NCBI RefSeq assembly: GCF_964355755.1
Contig: NC_092680.1
Location: forward strand, 11,160,001 to 11,224,000
Reading direction: 5' to 3'
From: Antedon mediterranea
Lineage: Eukaryota; Animalia; Echinodermata
DNA: 64,000 bases
The notes below the pieces were generated by a model. It saw nothing but the letters and a program-made list of their open reading frames with translations. It was not told the DNA's origin and did not search any database. Shown here in pieces: positions 23,400 through 35,550 of this stretch (position 1 is the first letter of the stretch; each line of letters starts with the position of its first letter). The position numbers were made by a program, and so were the translations under genes.

Positions 23400-25130
23400 C
23401 GTCTCCAAACGCGATTTGAAGCTCTTCTGTACACTTTGATGTTTTGTGTGAAAAAGTTTTGTCGAAATTCTCAAAATGGTCTAAAACGTTTTTAAATACG
23501 ATATTAAGCTGTTTTGTGCACTTTGATGATTTGTGTGAAAAGTTTTAACGAAATGCTCAAAATTGTCAAAAACGGTTTCTAATGTGATTTTAAGCACTTT
23601 GATGTTTTTGTGTAACCAAGTTTTTTCAAAAATCACAAAATGGTCTAAAACGTCTCCAAATGCGATTTGAAGCTTTTCTAAGCACTTTGGTGTTTTTATG
23701 TTAACAAGTTTTTTCGAAAATCACAAAATGGTCTAAAACGTCTCCAAATGCGATTTGAAGATATTCTGAGCACTTTGGTGTTTTTATGTTAAAAAAAGTT
23801 TTTTCGAAAATCACAAAATAGTCTAAAACGTCTCCAAATGCGATTTGAAGCTATTCTGTACACTTTGATGTTTTGTGTGAAAAAGTTTTGTCGAAATGCT
23901 CAAAATGGTCTAAAACGTTTTTAAAACGATATTATTAAGCTATTTTGTGCTCTTTGATGTTTTTGTGTAACCAAGTTTCATCGAAAATCACAAAATGGTC
24001 TAAAACGTCTCAAAATGCGATTTGAAGCTTTTCTAAGCACTTTGGTGTTTTTATCTTAACAAGTTTTTTCGAAAATCACGAAATGGTCTAAAATGTCTCC
24101 AAATGCGATTTGAAGATATTCTGAGCACTTTGGTGTTTTTATGTTAAAAAGTTTTTTCGAAAATCACAAAATGGTCTAAAACGTCTCCAAACGCGATTTG
24201 AAGCTCTTCTGTACACTTTTATGTTTTGTGTGAAAAAGTTTTGTCGAAATGCTCAAAATGGTCTAAGACGTTTTTAAATACGATATTAGGCTGTTTTGTG
24301 CACTTTGATGATTTGTGTGAAAAGTTTTAACGAAATGCTCAAAATGGTCAAAAACGGTTTCTAATGTGATTTTAAGCACTTTGATGTTTTTGTGTAACCA
24401 AGTTTTTTCAAAAATCACAAAATGGTCTAAAACGTCTCCAAATGCGATTTGAAGCTTTTCTAAGCACTTTGGTGTTTTTATGTTAACAAGTTTTTTCGAA
24501 AATCACAAAATGGTCTAAAACGTCTCCAAATGCGATTTGAAGATATTCTGAGCACTTTGGTGTTTTTATGTTAAAAAGTTTTTTCGAAAATCACAAAATA
24601 GTCTAAAACGTCTCCAAATGCGATTTGAAGCTATTCTGTACACTTTGATGTTTTGTGTGAAAATGTTTTGTCGAAATGCTCAAAATGGTCTAAAACGTTT
24701 TTAAAACGATATTATTAAGCTATTTTGTGCTCTTTGATGTTTTTGTGTAACCAAGTTTCATCGAAAATCACAAAATGGTCTAAAACGTCTCAAAATGCGA
24801 TTTGAAGCTTTTCTAAGCACTTTGGTGTTTTTATCTTAACAAGTTTTTTCGAAAATCACGAAATGGTCTAAAATGTCTCCAAATGCGATTTGAAGATATT
24901 CTGAGCACTTTGGTGTTTTTATGTTAAAAAGTTTTTTCGAAAATCACAAAATGGTCTAAAACGTCTCCAAATGCGATTTGAAGCTCTTCTGTACACTTTT
25001 ATGTTTTGTGTGAAAAAGTTTTGTCGAAATGCTCAAAATGGTCTAAAACGTTTTTAAATACGATATTAGGCTGTTTTGTGCACTTTGATGATTTGTGTGA
25101 AAAGTTTTAACGAAATGCTCAAAATGGTCT
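23400..25130 (+). repeat. Tandem 780-bp 9-mer HOR, just over two copies
   Basis: Lines at 23821/24601 and 24181/24961 are in register. Markers: GATATTATTAAGC ~23928/24708, TTATCTTAAC 24051/24831, ATTAGGCTG ~24285/25065. Confidence 0.87.
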
Positions 25131-28100
25131 AAAACGGTTTCTAATGTGATTTTAAGCACTTTGATGTTTTTGTGTAACCAAGTTTTTTCGAAAATCACAA
25201 AATAGTCTAAAACGTCTCCAAATGCGATTTGAAGCTTTTCTAAGCACTTTGGTGTTTTTATGTTAACAAGTTTTTTCGAAAATCACAAAATGGTCTAAAA
25301 CGTCTCCAAATGCGATTTGAGGATATTCTGAGCACTTTGGTGTTTTTTTGTTAAAAAGTTTTTTCGAAAATCACAAAATGGTCTAAAACGTCTCCAAATG
25401 CGATTTGAAGCTATTCTGTACACTTTGATGTTTTGTGTGAAAAAGTTTTGTCGAAATGCTCAAAATGGTCTAAAACGTTTTTAAATACGATATTAAGCTA
25501 TTTTGTGATCTTTGATGTTTTTGTGTGAAAAGTTTTATCGAAATGCTCAAAATGGTCTAAAACGGTTTCTATTGTGATTTTAAGCACTTTGATGATTTTG
25601 TGTAACCAAGTTTCATCGAAATGTACAAAATGGTCTAAAACGTCTCCAAATGCGATTTGAAGCTATTCTAAGTACTTTTGTGTTTTTATGTTAACAAGTT
25701 TTTTCGAAAATCACAAAATGGTCTAAAACGTCTCAAAATGCGATTTGAAGCTATTCTGTACACTTTGATGTTTTGTGTGAAAAAGTTTTGTCGAAATGCT
25801 CAAAATGGTCTAAAACGTTTTTAAAACGATATTAAGCTATTTTGTGGTCTTTGATGTTTTTGTGTAACCAAGTTTCATCGAAATCAACAAAATGGTCTAA
25901 TACGTCTCCAAATGCGATTTGAAGCTTTTCCAAGCTTTTTGCTGTTTTTATGTTAAGTTTTTTCGAAAATCACAAAATGGTCTAAAACGTCTTCAAATGC
26001 GATTTGAAGCTATTCTGTACACTTTGATGTTTTGTGTGAAAAAGTTTTGTCGAAATGCTCAAAATGGTCTAAAACGTTTTTAAATACGATATTAAGCTAT
26101 TTTGTGATCTTTGATGTTTTTGTGTGAAAAGTTTTATCAAAATGCTCAAAATGGTCTGAAACGGTTTCTAATGCGATTTGAAGCTATTCTGTACACTTTG
26201 AAGTTTTGTGTGAAAAAGTTTTCTCGAAATGCTCAAAATGGTCTAAAACGTTTTTATATACCATATTAAGCTATTTTGTGCACTTTGATGTTTTTTTTGA
26301 AAAGTTTTATCGAAATGCTCAAAATGGTCTAAAACGGTTTCTATTGGGATTTTAAGCACTTTGATGATTTTGTGTAACCAAGTTTCATCGAAAATCACAA
26401 AATGGTCTAAAACGTCTCCAAATGCGATTTGAAGCTTTTCTAAGCACTTTTGTGTTTCTATGTTAACAAGTTTTTTCGAAAATCACAAAATGGTCTAAAA
26501 CGTCTTCAAATGCGATTTGAAGCTATTCTGTACACTTATATGTTTTGTGTGAAAAAGTTTTGTCGAAATTCTCAAAATGGTCTAAAACGTTTTTAAATAC
26601 GATATTAAGCTGTTTTGTGCACTTTGATGATTGGTGTGAAAAGTTTTAACGAAATGCTCAAAATGGTCTAAAACGGTTTCTAATGTGATTTTAAGCACTT
26701 TGATGTTTTTGTGTAACCAAGTTTTTTCGAAAATCACAAAATAGTCTAAAACGTCTCCAAATGCGATTTGAAGCTTTTCTAAGCACTTTGGTGTTTTTAT
26801 GTTAACAAGTTTTTTCGAAAATCACAAAATGGTCTAAAACGTCTCCAAATGCGATTTGAGGATATTCTGAGCACTTTGGTGTTTTTTTGTTAAAAAGTTT
26901 TTTCGAAAATAACAAAATGGTCTAAAACGTCTCCAAATGCGATTTGAAGCTATTCTGTACACTTTGATGTTTTGTGTGAAAAAGTTTTGTCGAAATGCTC
27001 AAAATGGTCTAAAACGTTTTTAAATACGATATTAAGCTATTTTGTGATCTTTGATGTTTTTGTGTGAAAAGTTTTATCGAAATGCTCAAAATGGTCTAAA
27101 ACGGTTTCTATTGTGATTTTAAGCACTTTGATGATTTTGTGTAACCAAGTTTCATCGAAATGTACAAAATGGTCTAAAACGTCTCCAAATGCGATTTGAA
27201 GCTATTCTAAGTACTTTTGTGTTTTTATGTTAACAAGTTTTTTCGAAAATCACAAAATGGTCTAAAACGTCTTCAAATGCGATTTGAAGCTATTCTGTAC
27301 ACTTTGATGTTTTGTGTGAAAAAGTTTTGTCAAAATGCTCAAAATGGTCTAAAACGTTTTTAAAACGATATTAAGCTATTTTGTGCTCTTTGATGTTTTT
27401 GTGTAACCAAGTTTCATCGAAAATCACAAAATGGTCTAAAACGTCTCCAAATGCGATTTGAAGCTTTTCTAAGCACTTTGGTGTTTTTATGTTAACAAGT
27501 TTTTTCGAAAATCACAAAATGGTCTAAAACGTCTCCAAATGCGATTTGAAGCTCTTCTGTACACTTTGATGTTCTGTGTGAAAAAGTTTTGTCGAAATTC
27601 TCAAAATGGTCTAAAAGGTTTTTAAATACGATATTAAGCTGTTTTGTGCACTTTGATGATTTGTGTGAAAAGTTTTAACGAAATGCTCAAAATGGTCTAA
27701 AACGGTTTCTAATGTGATTTTAAGCACTTTGATGTTTTTGTGTAACCAAGTTTTTTCGAAAATCACAAAATGGTCTAATACGTCTCCAAATGCGATTTGA
27801 AGCTTTTCCAAGCACTTTGCTGTTTTTATGTTAAGTTTTTTCGAAAATCACAAAATGGTCTAAAACGTCTTCAAATGCGATTTGAAGCTATTCTGTACAC
27901 TTTGATGTTTTGTGTGAAAAAGTTTTGTCGAAATGCTCAAAATGGTCTAAAACGTTTTTAAATACGATATTAAGCTATTTTGTTATCTTTGATGTTTTTG
28001 TGTGAAAAGTTTTATCAAAATGCTCAAAATGGTCTGAAACGGTTTCTAATGCGATTTGAAGCTATTCTGTACACTTTGATGTTTTGTGTGAAAAAGTTTT

Positions 28101-29869
28101 TTCAAAATGCTCAAAATGGTCTAAAACGTTTTTAAAACGATATTAAGCTATTTTGTGCTCTTTGATGTTTTTGTGTAACCAAGTTTCATCGAAAATCACA
28201 AAATGATCTAAAACGTCTCCAAATGCGATTTGAAGCTTTTCTAAGCACTTTGGTGTTTTTATGTTAACAAGTTTTTTCGAAAATCACAAAATGGTCTAAA
28301 ACGTCTCCAAATGCGATTTGAAGCTCTTCTGTACACTTTGATGTTTTGTTTGAAAAAGTTTTGTCGAAATTCTCAAAATGGTCTAAAACGTTTTTAAATA
28401 CGATATTAAGCTGTTTTGTGCACTTTGATGATTTGTGTGAAAAGTTTTAACGAAATGCTCAAAATGGTCTAAAACGGTTTCTAATGTGATTTTAAGCACT
28501 TTGATGTTTTTGTGTAACCAAGTTTTATCGAAAATCACAAAATAGTCTAAAACGTCTCCAAATGCGATTTGAAGCTTTTCTAAGCACTTTGGTGTTTTTA
28601 TGTTAACAAGTTTTTTCGAAAATCACAAAATGGTCTAAAACGTCTCCAAATGCGATTTGAAGCTATTCTAAGTACTTTTGTGTTTTTATGTTAACAAGTT
28701 TTTTCGAAAATCACAAAATGGTCTAAAACGTCTTCAAATGCGATTTGAAGCTATTCTGTACACTTTGATGTTTTGTGTGAAAAAGTTTTGTCAAAATGCT
28801 CAAAATGGTCTAAAACGTTTTTAAAACGATATTAAGCTATTTTGTGCTCTTTGATGTTTTTGTGTAACCAAGTTTCATCGAAAATCACAAAATGGTCTAA
28901 AACGTCTCCAAATGCGATTTGAAGCTTTTCTAAGCACTTTGGTGTTTTTATGTTAACAAGTTTTTTCGAAAATCACAAAATGGTCTAAATCGTCTCCAAA
29001 TGCGATTTGAAGCTCTTCTGTACACTTTGATGTTTTGTTTGAAAAAGTTTTGTCGAAATTCTCAAAATGGTCTAAAACGTTTTTAAATACGATATTAAGC
29101 TGTTTTGTGCACTTTGATGATTTGTGTGAAAAGTTTTAACGAAATGCTCAAAATGGTCTAAAACGGTTTCTAATGTGATTTTAAGCACTTTGATGTTTTT
29201 GTGTAACCAAGTTTTTTCGAAAATCACAAAATAGTCTAAAACGTCTCCAAATGCGATTTGAAGCTTTTCTAAGCACTTTGGTGTTTTTATGTTAACAAGT
29301 TTTTTCGAAAATCACAAAATGGTCTAAAACGTCTCCAAATGCGATTTGAGGATATTCTGAGCACTTTGGTGTTTTTTTGTTAAAAAGTTTTTTCGAAAAT
29401 CACAAAATGGTCTAAAACGTCTCCAAATGCGATTTGAAGCTATTCTGTACACTTTGATGTTTTGTGTGAAAAAGTTTTGTCGAAATGCTCAAAATGGTCT
29501 AAAACGTTTTTAAATACGATATTAAGCTATTTTGTGATCTTTGATGTTTTTGTGTGAAAAGTTTTATCGAAATGCTCAAAATGGTCTAAAACGTTTTTAA
29601 AACGATATTAAGCTATTTTGTGCTCTTTGATGTTTTTGTGTAACCAAGTTTCATCGAAAATCACAAAATGGTCTAAAACGTCGCCAAATGCGATTTGAAG
29701 CTTTTCTAAGCACTTTGGTGTTTTTATGTTAACAAGTTTTTTCGAAAATCACGAAATGGTCTAAAATATCTCCAAATGCGATTTGAAGATATTCTGAGCA
29801 CTTTGGTGTTTTTATGTTCAAAAGTTTTTTCGAAAATCACAAAATAGTCTAAAACGTCTCCAAATGCGA

Positions 29870-31200
29870 TTTGAAGCTATTCTGTACACTTTGATGTTTT
29901 GTGTGAAAAAGTTTTGTCGAAATGCTCAAAATGGTCTAAAACGTTTTTAAAACGATATTAAGCTATTTTGTGCACTTTAATGATTTGTGTGAAAAGTTTT
30001 ACGAAATGCTCAAAATGGTCTAAAACGGTTTCTAATGTGATTTTAAGCACTTTGATGTTTTTGTGTAACCAAGTTTTTTCGAAAATCACAAAATGGTCTA
30101 AAACGTCTCCAAATGCGATTTCAAGCTTTTCTAAGCACTTTGGTGTTTTTATGTTAACAAGTTTTTTCGAAAATCACAAAATGGTCTAAAACGTCTCCAA
30201 ATGCGATTTGAAGCTTTTCTAAGCACTTTGGTGTTTTTATGTTAACAAGTTTTTTCGAAAATCTTGAAATGGTCTAAAATGTCTCCAAATGCGATTTGAA
30301 GCTATTCTGTACACTTTGATGTTTTGTGTGAAAAAGTTTTGTCGAAATGCTCAAAATGGTCTAAAACGTTTTTAAAACGATATTAAGCTATTTTGTGCAC
30401 TTTAATGATTTGTGTGAAAAGTTTTACGAAATGCTCAAAATGGTCTAAAACGGTTTCTAATGTGATTTTAAGCACTTTGATGTTTTTGTGTAACCAAGTT
30501 TTTTCGAAAATCACAAAATGGTCTAAAACGTCTCCAAATGCGATTTCAAGCTTTTCTAAGCACTTTGGTGTTTTTATGTTAACAAGTTTTTTCGAAAATC
30601 ACAAAATGGTCTAAAATGTCTCCAAATGCGATTTGAAGATATTCTGAGCACTTTGGTGTTTTTATGTTAAAAAGTTTTTTCGAAAATCACAAAATGGTCT
30701 AAAACGTCTCCAAATGCGATTTGAAGCTCTTCTGTACACTTTGATGTTTTGTGTGAAAAAGATTTGTCGATATGCTCAAAATGGTCTAAAACGTTTTTAA
30801 ATACGATATTAAGCTGTTTTGTGCACTTTAATGATTTGTGTGAAAAGTTTTACGAAATGCTCAAAATGGTCTAAAACGGTTTCTAATGTGATTTTAAGCA
30901 CTTTGATGTTTTTGTGTAACCAAGTTTTTTCGAAAATCACAAAATGGTCTAAAACGTCTCCAACTGCGATTTCAAGCTTTTCTAAGCACTTTGGTGTTTT
31001 TATGTTAACAAGTTTTTTCGAAAATCACAAAATGGTCTAAAACGTCTCCAAATGCGATTTGAGGATATTCTGAGCACTTTGGTGTTTTTATGTTAAAAAG
31101 TTTTTTCGAAAATCACAAAATGGTCTAAAACGTCTCCAAATGCGATTTGAAGCTATTCTGTACACTTTGATGTTTTGTGTGAAAAAGTTTTGTCAAAATG
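29870..31200 (+). repeat. Three tandem copies of a 425/426-bp 5-mer HOR
   Basis: The CACTTTAATGATTTG...TTTTACGAA...ATTTCAAGC block recurs (ORF-track starts 29968, 30393, 30819). Monomer lengths 78+88+88+87+84 = 425. Confidence 0.88.
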
Positions 31201-33699
31201 CTCAAAATGGTCTAAAACGTTTTTAAAACGATATTAAGCTATTTTGTGCTCTTTGATGTTTTTGTGTAACCAAGTTTCATCGAAATCAACAAAATGGTCT
31301 AATACGTCTCCAAATGCGATTTGAAGTTTTTCCAAGCACTTTGCTGTTTTTATGTTAACAAGTTTTTTCGAAAATCACAAAATGGTCTAAAACGTCTTCA
31401 AATGCGATTTGAAGCTATTCTGTACACTTTGATGTTTTGTGTGAAAAAGTTTTGTCGAAATGCTCAAAATGGTCTAAAACGTTTTTAAATACGATATAAA
31501 GCTATTTTGTGATCTTTGATGTTTTTGTGTGAAAAGTTTTATCGAAATGCTCAAAATGGTCTAAAACGGTTTCTAATGCGATTTGAAGCTATTCTGTACC
31601 CTTTGAAGTTTTTTGTGAAAAAGTTTTCTCGAAATGCTCAAAATGGTCTAAAAAGTTTTTATATACCATATTAAGCTATTTTGTGCACTTTGATGTTTTT
31701 TGTGAAAAGTTTTATCGAAATGCTCAAAATGGTCTAAAACGGTTTCTATTGGGATTTTAAGCACTTTGATGATTTTGTGTAACCAAGTTTCATCGAAATG
31801 TACAAAATGGTCTAAAACGTCTCCAAATGCGATTTGAAGCTATTCTAAGTACTTTTGTGTTTTTATGTTAACAAGTTTTTTCGAAAATCACAAAATGGTC
31901 TAAAACGTCTTCAAATGCGATTTGAAGCTATTCTGTACACTTTTATGTTTTGTGTGAAAAAGTTTTGTCGAAATTCTCAAAATGGTCTAAAACGTTTTTA
32001 AATACGATATTAAGCTGTTTTGTGCACTTTGATGATTTGTGTGAAAAGTTTTAACGAAATGCTCAAAATGGTCAAAAACGGTTTCTAATGTGATTTTAAG
32101 CACTTTGATGTTCTTGTGTAACCAAGTTTTTTCAAAAATCACAAAATGGTCTAAAACGTCTCCAAATGCGATTTGAAGCTTTTCTAAGCACTTTGGTGTT
32201 TTTATGTTAACAAGTTTTTTCGAAAATCACAAAATGGTCTAAAACGTCTCCAAATGCGATTTGAAGATATTCTGAGCACTTTGGTGTTTTTATGTTAAAA
32301 AGTTTTTTCGAAAATCACAAAATAGTCTAAAACGTCTCCAAATGCGATTTGAAGCTATTCTGTACACTTTGATGTTTTGTGTGAAAAAGTTTTGTCGAAA
32401 TGCTCAAAATGGTCTAAAACGTTTTTAAAACGATATTAAGCTATTTTGTGCTCTTTGATGTTTTTGTGTAACCAAGTTTCATCGAAAATCACAAAATGGT
32501 CTAAAACGTCTCAAAATGCGATTTGAAGCTTTTCTAAGCACTTTGGTGTTTTTATGTTAACAAGTTTTTTCGAAAATCACGAAATGGTTTAAAATATCTC
32601 CAAATGCGATTTGAAGATATTCTGAGCACTTTGGTGTTTTTATGTTAAAAAGTTTTTTCGAAAATCACAAAATGGTCTAAAACGTCTCCAAATGCGATTT
32701 GAAGCTCTTCTGTACACTTTGATGTTTTGTGTGAAAAAGTTTTGTCGAAATGCTCAAAATGGTCTAAAACGTTTTCAAATACGATATTAAGCTGTTTTGT
32801 GCACTTTGATGATTTGTGTGAAAAGTTTTAACGAAATGCTCAAAATGGTCAAAAACGGTTTCTAATGTGATTTTAAGCACTTTGATGTTTTTGTGTAACC
32901 AAGTTTTTTCAAAAATCACAAAATGGTCTAAAACGTCTCCAAATGCGATTTGAAGCTTTTCTAAGCACTTTGGTGTTTTTATGTTAACAAGTTTTTTCGA
33001 AAATCACGAAATGGTCTAAAATGTCTCCAAATGCGATTTGAAGATATTCTGAGCACTTTGGTGTTTTTATGTTAAAAAGTTTTATCGAAAATCACAAAAT
33101 GGTCTAAAACGTCTCCAAATGCGATTTGAAGCTCTTCTGTACACTTTGATGTTTTGTGTGAAAAAGTTTTGTCGAAATGCTCAAAATGGTCTAAAACGTT
33201 TTTAAATACGATATTAAGCTGTTTTGTGCACTTTGATGATTTGTGTGAAAAGTTTTAACGAAATGCTCAAAATGGTCTAAAACGGTTTCTAATGTGATTT
33301 TAAGCACTTTGATGTTTTTGTGTAACCAAGTTTTATCGAAAATCACAAAATAGTCTAAAACGTCTCCAAATGCGATTTGAAGCTTTTCTAAGCACTTTGG
33401 TGTTTTTATGTTAACAAGTTTTTTCGAAAATCACAAAATGGTCTAAAACGTCTCCAAATGCGATTTGAGGATATTCTGAGCACTTTGGTGTTTTTTGTTA
33501 AAAAGTTTTTTCGAAAATCACAAAATGGTCTAAAACGTCTCCAAATGCGATTTGAAGCTATTCTGTACACTTTGATGTTTTGTGTGAAAAAGTTTTGTCG
33601 AAATGCTCAAAATGGTCTAAAACATTTTTAAATACGATATTAAGCTATTTTGTGATCTTTGATGTTTTTGTGTGAAAAGTTTTATCGAAATGCTCAAAA

Positions 33700-35550
33700 T
33701 GGTCTAAAACGGTTTCTATTGTGATTTTAAGCACTTTGATGATTTTGTGTAACCAAGTTTCATCGAAATGTACAAAATGGTCTAAAACGTCTCCAAATGC
33801 GATTTGAAGCTATTCTAAGTACTTTTGTGTTTTTATGTTAACAAGTTTTTTCGAAAATCACAAAATGGTCTAAAACGTCTTCAAATGCGATTTGAAGCTT
33901 TTCTGTACACTTTGATGTTTTGTGTGAAAAAGTTTTGTCAAAATGCTCAAAATGGTCTAAAACGTTTTTAAAACGATATTAAGCTATTTTGTGCTCTTTG
34001 ATGTTTTTGTGTAACCAAGTTTCATCGAAAATCACAACATGGTCTAAAACGTCTCCAAATGCGATTTGAAGCTTTTCTAAGCACTTTGGTGTTTTTATGT
34101 TAACAAGTTTTTTCGAAAATCACAAAATGGTCTAAAACGTCTCCAAATGCGATTTGAAGCTCTTCTGTACACTTTGATGTTTTGTTTGAAAAAGTTTTGT
34201 CGAAATTCTCAAAATGGTCTAAAACGTTTTTAAATACGATATTAAGCTGTTTTGTGCACTTTGATGATTTGTGTGAAAAGTTTTAACGAAATGCTCAAAA
34301 TGGTCTAAAACGGTTTCTAATGTGATTTTAAGCACTTTGATGTTTTTGTGTAACCAAGTTTTTTCGAAAATCACAAAATAGTCTAAAACGTCTCCAAATG
34401 CGATTTGAAGCTATTCTGTACACTTTTATGTTTTGTGTGAAAAAGTTTTGTCGAAATGCTCAAAATGGTCTAAAACGTTTTAATATACCATATTAAGCTA
34501 TTTTGTGCACTTTGATGTTTTTTGTGAAAAGTTTTATCGAAATCCTCAAAATGGTCTAAAACGGTTTCTATTGTGATTTTAAGCACTTTGATGATTTTGT
34601 GTAACCAAGTTTCATCGAAATGTACAAAATGGTCTAAAACGTCTCCAAATGCGATTTGAAGCTATTCTAAGTACTTTTGTGTTTTTATGTTAACAAGTTT
34701 TTTCGAAAATCACAAAATGGTCTAAAACGTCTTCAAATGCGATTTGAAGCTATTCTGTACACTTTGATGTTTTGTGTGAAAAAGTTTTGTCAAAATGCTC
34801 AAAATGGTCTAAAACGTTTTTAAAACGATATTAAGCTATTTTGTGCTCTTTGATGTTTTTGTGTAACCAAGTTTCATCGAAAATCACAACATGGTCTAAA
34901 ACGTCTCCAAATGCGATTTGAAGCTTTTCTAAGCACTTTGGTGTTTTTATGTTAACAAGTTTTTTCGAAAATCACAAAATGGTCTAAAACGTCTCCAAAT
35001 GCGATTTGAAGCTCTTCTGTACACTTTGATGTTTTGTTTGAAAAAGTTTTGTCGAAATTCTCAAAATGGTCTAAAACGTTTTTAAATACGATATTAAGCT
35101 GTTTTGTGCACTTTGATGATTTGTGTGAAAAGTTTTAATGAAATGCTCAAAATGGTCTAAAACGGTTTCTAATGTGATTTTAAGCACTTTGATGTTTTTG
35201 TGTAACCAAGTTTTTTCGAAAATCACAAAATAGTCTAAAACGTCTCCAAATGCGATTTGAAGCTATTCTGTACACTTTTATGTTTTGTGTGAAAAAGTTT
35301 TGTCGAAATGCTCAAAATGGTCTAAAACGTTTTAATATACCATATTAAGCTATTTTGTGCACTTTGATGTTTTTTGTGAAAAGTTTTATCGAAATCCTCA
35401 AAATGGTCTAAAACGGTTTCTATTGTGATTTTAAGCACTTTGATGATTTTGTGTAACCAAGTTTCATCGAAATGTACAAAATGGTCTAAAACGTCTCCAA
35501 ATGCGATTTGAAGCTATTCTAAGTACTTTTGTGTTTTTATGTTAACAAGT
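33700..35550 (+). repeat. Tandem 852-bp 10-mer HOR, two copies
   Basis: ACAACATGG at 34034/34886 and AATATACCAT at 34482/35334 are both at offset 852. GAAATCCTC is also duplicated. Confidence 0.85.
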
